Assembly: GCA_963815615.1 (NCBI GenBank)
Contig: CAWFHF010000003.1
Location: 6,647-70,646 of the forward strand
Length of the DNA: 64,000 bases
Source of the DNA: an uncultured Actinomycetota bacterium
GTDB taxonomy: Bacteria; Actinomycetota; Actinomycetes; Mycobacteriales; SCTD01
Reading direction: 5' to 3'
In this document: piece after piece, positions 27,580-38,728 of the stretch
Position numbering within the stretch: the first letter of the stretch is position 1
Layout: each line of letters starts with the position of its first letter
The notes under the pieces: generated by a model
What the model was told of the DNA's origin: nothing
What the model saw: only the letters and a program-made list of their open reading frames with translations
The model's database searches: none
Translations under genes and position numbers: made by a program

Positions 27580-30124
27580 GCCGCGGGCTCGGGCGCCAGC
27601 GTCACCTCGACGTCGGCGTCGCCCTGCTCGAAGACCACCTCGCGCACGACGCCCGCGTTGCGCAGGTCGGTCTCGGCCCGGCGCAGCAGGGCGAGCTCGG
27701 CGTCGCTGCCGCGCACGACGAGGCGGTCGACCTCGGCCTTCATCGACCGCTTCTGCTGGCTCTTGGCCTTGCGGACGGCGCCCAGCACGGCGCCCGCCCC
27801 GATCAGCAGCGCGGCTCGCCGCCGGCGTCGAGCTCGTCCACCGTCGGCCAGGCTGCCCGGTGCACCGAGCCCTCGCGCCACCACGACCAGACCTCCTCGG
27901 TGGCGAAGGGCAGCACCGGGGCGAACAGGCGCAGCAGCACGTCCAGCGCCAGGCGCAGGGCGCGGCCGGCGCTCTCGGCGCCCTCCTGCGTCCCGTCGCC
28001 CTCGCCGTAGGCGCGGCCCTTCACCAGCTCGATGTAGAGGTCGCAGAAGGTCCAGAAGAAGGCCTCCGTGCGGTCGAGCGCACGGCTGTAGTCGTAGGCC
28101 TCGAAGGCCGTGGTCGCGTCGGCCACCACCTCGCGCAGGGCGGCCAGCAGGGCGAGGTCGAGCGGCTCGGTGACCGGTCCCGGCGTCGGGGCGGGGAAGG
28201 CGAGCGCGAAGCGGCTGGCGTTCAGCAGCTTGGTCGCCAGGCGCCGCCCGACCTTCATCTGCGCCTCGTCGAAGGCGGTGTCGGTGCCCAGCCGGCCGCC
28301 CGCGGCCCAGTAGCGGACGGCGTCGGTGCCGTGCTGCTCCAGCAGGCCCATCGGCGTCACGACGTTGCCCTTGGACTTGCTCATCTTCTTGCGGTCGGGG
28401 TCCAGGATCCAGCCCGACAGCGCCGTGTCGGTCCAGGGCAGGCTGCCGTGCTCGAGGTGGCTGCGGACCACCGTCGAGAACAGCCAGGTGCGGATGATGT
28501 CGTGGCCCTGCGGCCGCAGGTCGAACGGGAAGACCCGAGCGAACAGGTCGGGGTCGTCCTCCCACTGCCCGGCGATCTGCGGGGACAGGCTGCTGGTCGC
28601 CCATGTGTCCATGACGTCGGGGTCGGCGGTGAAGCCGCCGGGCACGCCCCGCCGGCTCTCGTCGTAGCCCTCGGGCGCCTGGCTGCTCGGGTCGACCGGG
28701 AGCTCGTCCTCGCGCGGCAGCAGCGGGGCGTCGTAGACCGGCTCGCCCGACTCGTCGAGGCGGTACCAGAGCGGGAACGGCACGCCGAAGAAGCGCTGCC
28801 GGCTGATCAGCCAGTCGCCGTTGAGCCCGCCGACCCAGTTCTCGTAGCGGCTCTGCATGAAGCCGGGGTGCCAGCTGAGCTCCTTGCCCCGGCCGAGCAG
28901 GGCGTCGCGCAGGTCGGTGTCGCGGCCGCCGTTGCGCAGGTACCACTGCCGGCTGGTCACGATCTCGAGCGGGCGGTCGCCCTTCTCGTAGAACTTCACC
29001 GGGTGGGTGATCGGCTTCGGCTCGCCCACGAGGTCGCCGGACTCGGCGAGCAGCTCGACGATCCGCCGCTGCGCCTGCTTGACGTTCTTGCCGGCCAGCT
29101 CCTCGTACGGACCGCCGACGCCCGCCGGCGGCTCGGCCAGGAAGCGCCCGTCGCGCCCGACCACGCTGCGCACCGGCAGGTCGAGCTCGCGCCACCAGGT
29201 GACGTCGGTGGTGTCGCCGAAGGTGCAGATCATCGCGATGCCGGACCCCTTCTCGGGGTCGGCCAGCTCGTGGGCCCGCACCGGCACCTCGACGCCGAAC
29301 AGCGGCGTGGTCACCGTGGTGCCGAACAGGGGCTGGTAGCGGGCGTCGTCGGGGTGGGCGACGAGCGCCACGCAGGCCGGCAGCAGCTCGGGGCGGGTGG
29401 TCTCGATGAAGACCTGCTCGCCGCCCGGCCGGCGGAAGCCGAGCCGGTGGTAGGCGCCCGGCTGCTCGCGGTCCTCGAGCTCGGCCTGCGCCACCGCGGT
29501 CTTGAAGTCGACGTCCCACAGGGTCGGGGCCTCGGTGGCGTAGGCCTCCCCGCGGGCCAGGTTGCGCAGGAAGGCCCGCTGGGCGGCGCGGCGGGCGCGG
29601 TCGCCGATCGTCTCGTAGGTGTGGCTCCAGTCGACCGACAGCCCGAGCCGGCGGAACAGCGCCTCGAAGGCCTTCTCGTCCTCGGCGGTCAGCGTCTGGC
29701 ACAGCTCGACGAAGCCCTGCCGCGACAGGCTGACCTGCTGGTGGCCCTTCTTCAGCGCGCCGGCGTCCTCGGGCGGGGTGAAGGTCGGGTCGTAGGGCTG
29801 GCTCGGGTCGCAGCGGACGCCGTAGTAGTTCTGCACGCGGCGCTCGGTCGGCAGCCCGTTGTCGTCCCAGCCCATCGGGTAGAAGACCTGCTTGCCGCGC
29901 ATGCGCTGGTAGCGGGCGACCAGGTCGGTGTGGGTGTAGCTGAAGACGTGGCCGACGTGCAGGCTGCCGCTGACCGTCGGGGGCGGGGTGTCGACGGCGT
30001 ACACGTCGGGGCGCTCCGCGGTGCGGTCGAAGGCGTAGGTGCCCTGCTCCTGCCAGGCCGCGCTCCACCGCTCCTCGACGCCGTCGAGGGTGGGCTTCTC
30101 GGGCATCCGGCTGGTCTGGTCCAC
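27576..30124 (-). CDS. valS: valine--tRNA ligase (apparent frameshift ~27810)
   Basis: [54 protein letters not shown]. Confidence 0.96.
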
Positions 30125-30174
30125 GCCCCGAGTCTAGGGAGGGGGTCCGACACGGTTCTCCTACGCTGGCGCGG

Positions 30175-30942
30175 GTGACCACACGCACCACGGACCTGCC
30201 CGACACCTGGGCCTACGGCGCCGGCATCCTGCACGGCGGCTGGCTGCTCGAGACCCTCGCCGCCGAGGCGCTGGACGCCGTCGGGCAGCAGCACCCCGTC
30301 GCCGTGAGCGCGCACTACGTCGCCTCCCCGAAGGTCGGCGCCTCCGACCTGGTCACCGAGGTGCTGCGCGAGGGCCGCTCGGTCGCGACCGTCCGCACCT
30401 CGCTCGTGCAGGAGGGCCGCACCAAGGTCGAGGCGCTCGTGTCGTGCGGCTCCCTGCCCGACCCGGCGACGACGCCCCGCCTGCTCGACGCCGCTCCCCC
30501 GCCGCTGCCGCCGGTCGAGCAGTGCCTGGAGAGCCGCGGGCCGGTGCCCGGCGAGCGCAACGGCATCACGGACAACCTCGAGATCCGGCTCGACCCGGCC
30601 ACCGCGGGCTTCGCCACGGGGTCGCCCTCGGGCAGCGCCGAGGTCCGCGGGTGGGTGCGGCTGCGCAGCGGGCGCCAGCCCGACCCGCTGATGCTGCTCA
30701 CCGTCGCCGACGCGCTGCCGCCGGTCACCTTCGACATGGGGCTGGTGGGCTGGGTGCCCACCGTCGAGCTGACCGTGCTGGTCCGCGGCGTGCCCGCCCC
30801 CGGCTGGCTGGCCGTCGTGCAGCGCGCCCGGCTGGTGCACGCCGGGTGGCTGGACGAGGAGTGCGAGGTCTGGGACAGCGAGGGCCGGCTCGTGGCGCAG
30901 GCGCGGCAGCTCGCGATGTACCGGGAGCCCGCGCAGGGCTGA
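30175..30942 (+). CDS. thioesterase-family (TesB-like double hotdog) protein
   Basis: HGGWL, LREGRS, DALPP, WVPTVELTV, VWDSEGRLVAQARQLA. Confidence 0.85.
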   Translation: MTTRTTDLPDTWAYGAGILHGGWLLETLAAEALDAVGQQHPVAVSAHYVASPKVGASDLVTEVLREGRSVATVRTSLVQEGRTKVEALVSCGSLPDPATTPRLLDAAPPPLPPVEQCLESRGPVPGERNGITDNLEIRLDPATAGFATGSPSGSAEVRGWVRLRSGRQPDPLMLLTVADALPPVTFDMGLVGWVPTVELTVLVRGVPAPGWLAVVQRARLVHAGWLDEECEVWDSEGRLVAQARQLAMYREPAQG

Positions 30943-30951
30943 CGCCGCCCG

Positions 30952-31836
30952 CTACGCCCCGCGGACCCGCTGCACGAAGGCCGCGACCGCCTCGCCGATC
31001 TGCGGCCCGCTGTCCTCCGGCACGAAGTGCAGCCCGGGGACGCTCACCGTCTCCAGCGCGGGCCAGCCGCGGACCAGCTCGCGGTGCGCGCCGACCAGGA
31101 TCGAGCCGGGGTCGGCGTCGACGAACAGCTTGGGCAGGTCGGTGCTGCCGAGCCAGTCGCTGTAGGCCTGCACCCGCGCGACGACGTCGTGCGGCCCCTC
31201 GCCCGCGAAGGGCAGCTCGCGCGGCCAGGTGAGCATCGGGCGGCGCCGCTCCCCCGCCTCGGTGAACGGCGCCCGGTAGACCTCGAGCTCCTCCGGCGTG
31301 AGGTCGCGCAGGACGCTGGAGGGCAGGACCGCCTCGACGAACAGGTTCCGCTCCAGGATCAGGTCCTCCCCGGCGTCCGAGCGGAAGCCCTGGAAGACCT
31401 CCCGGCCGCCCGCGGGCCAGTCCTCCCACGTCAGCGGCGCGACGATGGTCTCGAGGAACGCGACGCCCTGCACCCGGTCCTGGTGGCGGAAGGCCCAGTC
31501 GAAGCCGAGGCCGCCGCCCCAGTCGTGCAGCACCAGCACGACCCGGTCGAGCTCGAGGGCGTCGAACCAGGCGTCGAGGTAGCGGGCGTGGTCGGCGAAG
31601 CGGTAGGAGCCGTCGGGCGCGGTGCCGGAGCGGCCGAAGCCGACCAGGTCGGGCGCCAGGCAGCGGGCGACCTGCGCCACGGGCGGGATCACGTCGCGCC
31701 ACAGGTAGGACGACGTCGGGTTGCCGTGCAGGAACACGACCGGGTCGGCCGAGCCGGACCCGCCGGTGTCGACGTGGCTGATCGTCGTCCCGAGGACGTC
31801 GACGGTGGAGCGGGGGTGCGGGTCGGCAGCAGGCAC
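30952..31836 (-). CDS. haloalkane dehalogenase (DhaA/LinB-like, HLD-II)
   Basis: HGNPTSSYLWR, nucleophile LHDWGG, acid FLETIV, LTWPRE, catalytic GLHFVPED. Confidence 0.9.
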   Translation of the reverse strand: MPAADPHPRSTVDVLGTTISHVDTGGSGSADPVVFLHGNPTSSYLWRDVIPPVAQVARCLAPDLVGFGRSGTAPDGSYRFADHARYLDAWFDALELDRVVLVLHDWGGGLGFDWAFRHQDRVQGVAFLETIVAPLTWEDWPAGGREVFQGFRSDAGEDLILERNLFVEAVLPSSVLRDLTPEELEVYRAPFTEAGERRRPMLTWPRELPFAGEGPHDVVARVQAYSDWLGSTDLPKLFVDADPGSILVGAHRELVRGWPALETVSVPGLHFVPEDSGPQIGEAVAAFVQRVRGA

Positions 31837-31958
31837 GGCGTCTTCTCTCGCAGGCGGTGGCGGTCCGCCTACCCGGCCGCCGCGTCGCCCACCCGGGCGG
31901 CCGCGCGTGTCTCCCGAGCCACCCGCAGCGCCCGCCCCGCCGTCGCTCCCACGACGTA

Positions 31959-31995
31959 CGACGGCCGCCTCCCCCTGCAGGGGCGGCGGCCGTCG
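31959..31995 (-). terminator. hairpin after clpX
   Basis: CGACGGCCGCC...GGCGGCCGTCG inverted repeat just downstream of the clpX stop. Confidence 0.55.
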
Positions 31996-32011
31996 GGAGC
32001 AGCGGGAGGGT

Positions 32012-33293
<1,282 letters not shown>

Positions 33294-33518
33294 CGCTACC
33301 TCGTCCCTGTCGATCCGCCCCCGCCGGGGGGCGGAGATCGGCCTGCCCCGACGGTACCGCCTGGGTCGTGCCCCCGGAACCGGTTCCCGGGGTCGCCTGT
33401 CTCGTGGTGCCGCTGCCGGTACCGCTGTCCGTGCCCTGCTGCCTCTTCTGTCGGCAGACCCTCCGCGGACCGGAGCGTTCCGGTCCGCGGAGAGCTCCGC
33501 CTCGTGCCAGGAGCGGGC

Positions 33519-34154
33519 CTAGCGGCCGGCTGCGCCCGTGAACTTCGCGATCTTGCGGGTGCTCACGACCTCGTCGATGAGCCCGTACTCGACCGCCTCC
33601 TCGGCGGTGAGGATCTTGTCGCGGTCGAGGTCCTTGCGGACCTTGGCGATGTCCTGGCCGGAGTGGTCGGACAGCATCTTCTCGAGCAGGTCGCGCATGC
33701 GCAGGATCTCGCGCGCCTGGATCTCGATGTCCGAGCTCTGGCCCTCACCACCACCGCTGGGCTGGTGGATGAGCACGCGGGCGTGCTGCAGCGCGAGCCG
33801 CTTGCCCTTGGTGCCCGCAGCGAGCAGGACGGCGGCGGCCGAGGCGGCCTGGCCCATGCAGATCGTCTGGATCTCGGGCTTGACGAACTGCATCGTGTCG
33901 TAGATCGCCGTCAGCGCGGTGAACGAGCCGCCGGGGCTGTTGATGTAGATGCTGATGTCGCGGTCCGGGTCCTCGGACTCGAGGTGCAGCAGCTGCGCCA
34001 TGATCACGTTGGCCACCCCGTCGTCGACGGGCGTGCCCAGGAAGATGATCCGCTCCTTGAGGAGCCGGCTGTAGATGTCGAACGAGCGCTCCCCGCGGGA
34101 GGTCTGCTCGATGACGATCGGGATCGTGTAGTTCGTGGGGTCGGTGAAGCTCAT
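33519..34154 (-). CDS. clpP2: Clp protease proteolytic subunit (ClpP2-type)
   Basis: [40 protein letters not shown]. Confidence 0.93.
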   Translation of the reverse strand: MSFTDPTNYTIPIVIEQTSRGERSFDIYSRLLKERIIFLGTPVDDGVANVIMAQLLHLESEDPDRDISIYINSPGGSFTALTAIYDTMQFVKPEIQTICMGQAASAAAVLLAAGTKGKRLALQHARVLIHQPSGGGEGQSSDIEIQAREILRMRDLLEKMLSDHSGQDIAKVRKDLDRDKILTAEEAVEYGLIDEVVSTRKIAKFTGAAGR

Positions 34155-34173
34155 GGTCAGGGCTCCTTCGCGC

Positions 34174-34851
34174 CTAGGACCGGGTGCCGGCGCCGGACGG
34201 CACCTGGGTCGCGCCCTCGACGACGTGGTCGACGAAGCCGTAGTCCTTGGCCTCCTCCGCCGTGAACCAGCGGTCGCGGTCGGAGTCCTCCTCGATCTTC
34301 TCGTACGTCTGGCCGGTGTGGAACGCGATGCGCTCCTGCAGGACCCGGCGCGTGAACATCATCTGCTCGGCCTGGATGGCGATGTCGGCCGCGGTGCCGC
34401 CGATGCCGCCGGAGGGCTGGTGCATCATCACGCGGGCGTGCGGGGTGACGTAGCGCTTGCCCTTGGCGCCGGCGCAGAGCAGGAACTGCCCCATGGAGGC
34501 CGCGAGCCCCAGGCCCACGGTGGCGACGTCGTTCTTGATGAACTGCATCGTGTCGTAGATGGCCAGACCGGCCGACACGGAGCCGCCGGGGCTGTTGATG
34601 TAGAGGAAGATGTCGCGCTCGGGGTCCTCGGCGGCGAGCAGCAGCAGCTGCGCGCAGATGGCGTTGGCCATCTCGTCCATGACGGCCGTGCCCAGGAAGA
34701 TGATGCGCTCCTTGAGCAGGCGGTTGTAGACCTGGCCGTCGAGGCCGAGCTGCTCACCGGTGCGCATCGACGGGGTGAGCGGCGACGCGCTGCCGTAGTG
34801 GCTCGGGACGACGAGCCCGGGGGTGCCGGGTCGGGGGTCGGTGTGGCTCAC
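34174..34851 (-). CDS. clpP1: Clp protease proteolytic subunit (ClpP1-type)
   Basis: [45 protein letters not shown]. Confidence 0.93.
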   Translation of the reverse strand: MSHTDPRPGTPGLVVPSHYGSASPLTPSMRTGEQLGLDGQVYNRLLKERIIFLGTAVMDEMANAICAQLLLLAAEDPERDIFLYINSPGGSVSAGLAIYDTMQFIKNDVATVGLGLAASMGQFLLCAGAKGKRYVTPHARVMMHQPSGGIGGTAADIAIQAEQMMFTRRVLQERIAFHTGQTYEKIEEDSDRDRWFTAEEAKDYGFVDHVVEGATQVPSGAGTRS

Positions 34852-35018
34852 GGGGCCTGCCTCGGTCTTCTGCGTGCGGTGCACGCGGTCTGGTCCCGCC
34901 CCCGGCGGAGGTGCCGGCGGGCTGTCTGCACGGGTGTGGGGGCGGGGTGGAGGAGCGGTGCCGCTGGTCGCCGCCGCCTCGCCGGGGAGCGGGGCGCCGG
35001 GCCACTGGCCTGTCAGGG

Positions 35019-35079
35019 ACCCTAACGCTCGGGCCCGACAGGGGACTCCGGCTCCGGCGCCGTTTCGCTGCGGGCGGAC
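35019..35079 (-). promoter_or_regulatory. clpP1P2 promoter with ClgR-type operator
   Basis: CGC-N5-GCG core (GTTTCGCTGCGGGCGGAC, 35062-35079); -10-like TAGGGT at 35019-35024 on the minus strand, overlapped by GGAGT-N18-GTT (near SigR/SigH consensus). Confidence 0.6.
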
Positions 35080-35115
35080 GGAGCGCGCGGAGGCGCGGGA
35101 CTGGTCCCCGGCACG

Positions 35116-35153
35116 CCGACGGGGCGCCCCCCGTGCGGGAGGCGCCCCGTCGG
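35116..35153 (-). terminator. hairpin after tig
   Basis: CCGACGGGGCGCC...GGCGCCCCGTCGG perfect 13-bp stem shortly after the tig stop. Confidence 0.65.
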
Positions 35154-35169
35154 GGAGCGGCTGGTGCGG

Positions 35170-36582
35170 CTACTGCTGGTCGAGGTAGTGGACCGTGCCG
35201 TCGTCGTGCACGTGGTACGGGCGGCCGTCGTCGTCGACCTCGACGTCGGCCTCCGGGGAGTCCATGTCGTCGCGCAGCTGCTCGAGGTCGACGGCGGTGC
35301 CGCTGCTGTCGGTGATCGTCGAGGACTCCATGACGGTGGCCAGCGCCTTGCCGCGACGGACCTCGGCGACGAGCCCCTGCAGCTGGCCGGCCTGCACGAC
35401 CTGCTGGGCGTACTGGTCGGGCGAGACGCCGGCGCGGGCGGCCCGGCGGACGACCTGGTCGGTGAGCTCGGCGTCCGTGACGCCCAGCTCCTCCTTGTCG
35501 GCGACGGCGTCGAGCACGAGCTGGGCCTTGACGGCGCTCTCGGCGCTGTCCTGCAGCTCGGCCTCGAACTCCTCCTGCGTCTTGCCCTCGCTCTCGAGGT
35601 AGCCCTCGAGGGTCGCGCCGCTCTGCGCGAGCTGCTGCTCGGCGGTGCGGCGGCGCCACGCCAGCTCGGCGTCGACGACGGTCTGCGGCAGCGGCACCTC
35701 GACCTGCTCGAGCAGCGCCTCGAGGACCTTGTCGCGGGCGTCGACGCCCTGCTGCAGGCGCTTCATCCGGTCGAGCCGGGTGACGACGTCCTCGCGCAGC
35801 GCGGCGAACGTCTCGAAGCCGGTGGACGCCGAGGCCCAGGCGTCGTCAGCCTCGGGGACGGAGCGCTCCTGCACGGCCTGGACGGTGACGGCGACGTCGG
35901 CGGTCTTGCCCTCGTGCTCGCCTGCGACCAGCACGGTCTGGAAGGCGCGCTCGTCGCCCTTGCTCGCGCCGGTGACGGCGTCGTCGATGCCCTCGAGCAG
36001 CTGGCCGGAGCCGATCTGGTAGCTCAGCCCGGTGGCGGTGCCGCCCTGGACCTCCTCGCCCTCGACCGTCGCGACGAGGTCGAGGGTGACGAAGTCGCCG
36101 TCGGCGGCGGCCCGGTCGACGTCCTGCAGGGAGGCGAAGCGCTCGCGCAGCGCCGTGATCTGCTCGTCGACCTCGTCGTCGGTGACCTCGACGGCGTCGA
36201 CCGTGACGGACAGGCCGTCGTAGGAGGGCAGCGTGACCTCCGGGCGGACGTCGACCTCGGCGGTGAAGGCGAGCTTGTCGCCGTCGGAGAACTCGGTGAC
36301 CTCGACCTCGGGCTGCGCGACCGGGACGACGCCGGCCTCGGTGACGGCCTCGCCGTACAGCCGCGGGATGGCCTCGTTGACGGCCTGCTCGAGGACGGCG
36401 CCGCGGCCGACGCGCTGGTCGAGGATGCGCGCGGGCACCTTGCCGGGGCGGAAGCCCTGGACCTTGACCTGCTTGCCGATCTCCTTGTACGCGCTGTCGA
36501 GCTCGGGCTTGAGCTCGTCGAAGGGGACCTCGACGGTGAGCTTGACCCTCGTGGGGCTGAGGGTCTCGACGGCGCTCTGCAC
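35170..36582 (-). CDS. tig: trigger factor
   Basis: VETLSPTRVKL, ribosome-binding GFRPGKVP, FKBP-like middle domain; upstream of clpP. Confidence 0.96.
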   Translation of the reverse strand: MQSAVETLSPTRVKLTVEVPFDELKPELDSAYKEIGKQVKVQGFRPGKVPARILDQRVGRGAVLEQAVNEAIPRLYGEAVTEAGVVPVAQPEVEVTEFSDGDKLAFTAEVDVRPEVTLPSYDGLSVTVDAVEVTDDEVDEQITALRERFASLQDVDRAAADGDFVTLDLVATVEGEEVQGGTATGLSYQIGSGQLLEGIDDAVTGASKGDERAFQTVLVAGEHEGKTADVAVTVQAVQERSVPEADDAWASASTGFETFAALREDVVTRLDRMKRLQQGVDARDKVLEALLEQVEVPLPQTVVDAELAWRRRTAEQQLAQSGATLEGYLESEGKTQEEFEAELQDSAESAVKAQLVLDAVADKEELGVTDAELTDQVVRRAARAGVSPDQYAQQVVQAGQLQGLVAEVRRGKALATVMESSTITDSSGTAVDLEQLRDDMDSPEADVEVDDDGRPYHVHDDGTVHYLDQQ

Positions 36583-36702
36583 AGGTGGTCCTCTCGGGGC
36601 ACGGCGAACTGGCGCCCCGGGCGGGGGCGGTAGGCAGCCTACGGGAGCAGCGGCGGGCCCTGCCGGGACGGGCGGAGGGCCGGAACGGTCCACGGGCGGC
36701 TG

Positions 36703-36775
36703 TCGGGGCGGCGGGACTCGAACCCGCGGTCTCCTGCTCCCAAAGCAGGCGCGCTAGCCACTACGCTACGCCCCG
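36703..36775 (-). tRNA. tRNA-Pro (TGG)
   Basis: CGGGGCGTAGCGTAGTGGCTAGCGCG CCTGC-TTTGGGA-GCAGG ... GGTTCGAGTCC CGCCGCCCCGA cloverleaf. Confidence 0.95.
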
Positions 36776-36829
36776 CGTGACTCACCAGGACTGTAGGCGC
36801 ACACCGCCGAGCCGTCTGCCGAGCAGCGT

Positions 36830-36900
36830 GCGGGCGTAGCTCAATGGTAGAGCCCCAGTCTTCCAAACTGGCTACGCGGGTTCGATTCCCGTCGCCCGCT
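36830..36900 (+). tRNA. tRNA-Gly (TCC)
   Basis: GCGGGCGTAGCTCAATGGTAGAGC CCAGT-CTTCCAA-ACTGG ... GGTTCGATTCCC GTCGCCCGCT cloverleaf. Confidence 0.95.
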
Positions 36901-36905
36901 CACCC

Positions 36906-36966
36906 CCTCCCGTCGCACCTCCCGGACGGCCCTCCCGTCGCCCCTCCCGGACGGGGCGCCCCGTCC
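36906..36966 (+). repeat. two ~24-bp direct repeats containing tRNA-Gly 3'-end sequence, followed by an 18-bp palindrome
   Basis: CCTCCCGTCGCACCTCCCGGACGG (36906-36929) and CCTCCCGTCGCCCCTCCCGGACGG (36931-36954); GGACGGGGCGCCCCGTCC (36949-36966). Confidence 0.75.
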
Positions 36967-37041
36967 TCGTGCACGCCGACGGTGACGCGGCCCCGTCGAC
37001 GGCCCGCACGATCGCTCCGACCGACCCGGCCGGAGGACCCC

Positions 37042-37987
37042 GTGACACGACCACTGCCCGAGATCAGCGCGCTGCTCGAGCGGGCGGCGGCGGGCCCGCA
37101 GCCCGACCCGGCCCTGCCGCTGCCGGAGTTGGCGCGCGGCCTGCGACGCCGGTGTCGTCGCGCACCACCGGCTCGTGCGCGACCGGGGGCCCCTGCACGA
37201 CGTCCGGGACCTCGACGCGGACGGCGTCCCCGTGCCGGCTCTACCTGCCGAACGACGACGCCGCGCTCGGCGTCCACGTGCACCTGCACGGCGGCGGCTG
37301 GTGGATGGGCAGCACCGGCCACGGTCGACCCGATGGCGCGGGAGCTGGCCGTGAGCAGCGGCCTGGCGGTGCTGAGCGTCGACTACCGGCTCGCGCCCGA
37401 GCACCCGTACCCGGCCGGGCCTGGACGACGTCTGCGCGGTCCTGCGCTGGCTGGACAGGCGCCCGGAGCTCGGCTCCGGCCGCGTCTGCCGCTCGGCGGC
37501 GAGTCGGCGGGCGCGAACCTGGCGGCCGCGGCGTGCCTGCGGCTGCGCGACGAGGGCGGCCCGCTGCCGGTGGCGCAGTGGCTGGACTGCCCGGCGGTCG
37601 ACCTCACCGATGCCGCAGGACGCCTCCGTGTGCGGGAGTTCGGGACCGGCTTCGGGCTCGAGGTCGGGCAGTCCCGCTGCTGCTGACCTGGTACGGCACG
37701 GCCGAGCGACCTACCGACCCCTACGTCTCGCCCGCGCTCGCGGCCGACCTGAGCGGCCTGCCCCCGGCCCTGGTGACGACGGCCGAGTGCGACCCGCTGC
37801 GCGACCAGGGCGAGCGGTACGCCGACGCGCCCTGCGCGCGGCGGGGTGCCGCGTCGGGCTGCGCCGCGCGCAGGGGCACGTCCACGCGAGCAGCTGGTGG
37901 ACGGCGCTCACCCCGGCAGACGGGGGCCTGACCACGACGAGGTCGTCGCGGGAGCTGCTGGCCCGCCACGCCCGGCCGGCGCCGTGA
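37042..37987 (+). CDS. HSL-family esterase/lipase (alpha/beta hydrolase); multiple frameshifts
   Basis: GGAGG RBS; [42 protein letters not shown], spread over three frames. Confidence 0.8.
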
Positions 37988-38709
37988 GGCTCTCGGTGCG
38001 TGTCTGGGGCTCGGGCCCCCGGACGGCGCTGCTGGTGCACGGGTTCAGCGACGACGCGCAGACCTGGTGGCGCGTCGGCCCGGCCCTGGCCGACCTCGGC
38101 CACACCGTCCTGGCCCCCGACCTGCGCGGCCACGGGTGCAGCCCGCGGGCCGCCGCGCTACGCGCTCGAGGAGTTCGCGCAGGACCTCGTCGACACGCTG
38201 CCGTCCGGCGCGGACCTCGCCGTCTGGCCACAGCCTCGGCGCGATGGCGCTTGCCGTGGCCGCCCCCGCGCTGGGGGCGCGCCGCACGGTCTTCGTCGAC
38301 CCGGCGTGGTGGCGGATCCGTACCTCGCCGCCGGGCTGGCAGCGCCGCTCGCGTCAGCGGGCGGAGAAGACCTGCACCCCGACGCCGGGCGCTGGGGCCC
38401 GGCCGACGTCGCCGTCGAGCTGGCCTCCAACGCCTCCGTCGACCCCGCGGTCGGGCCGGCTGCTGGCGGCCGCCTGGTGGCCCGGGGCGGCTTCGTGGCG
38501 CCGCCACGCGGCGCCGGCCGGCTCGGTCGTCGTCGTGCCCGGGCTCGAGCCGCTGCTGCTGCCCGCCGCGCATCGACCGGGTGGCCGCGCTGGGCTACGC
38601 GCTGCGGACGCAGCCGGGCGGTGCGCCACGTGCTGCACCGCGACGACGCCGACGGCTTCCTGGACGGTGCTGCGCCGCGAGGTCCTCGCCGACGATGCGG
38701 TTGGCCTGA
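37984..38709 (+). CDS. alpha/beta fold hydrolase; multiple frameshifts
   Basis: LLVHGFS, APDLRGHG, GHSLGA, VFVDP, HVLHRDD; GTGA overlap with the previous gene. Confidence 0.72.
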   Translation: MRLSVRVWGSGPRTALLVHGFSDDAQTWWRVGPALADLGHTVLAPDLRGHGCSPRAAALRARGVRAGPRRHAAVRRGPRRLATASARWRLPWPPPRWGRAARSSSTRRGGGSVPRRRAGSAARVSGRRRPAPRRRALGPGRRRRRAGLQRLRRPRGRAGCWRPPGGPGRLRGAATRRRPARSSSCPGSSRCCCPPRIDRVAALGYALRTQPGGAPRAAPRRRRRLPGRCCAARSSPTMRLA

Positions 38710-38728
38710 CCCGGCCTACGCTCCCGGC

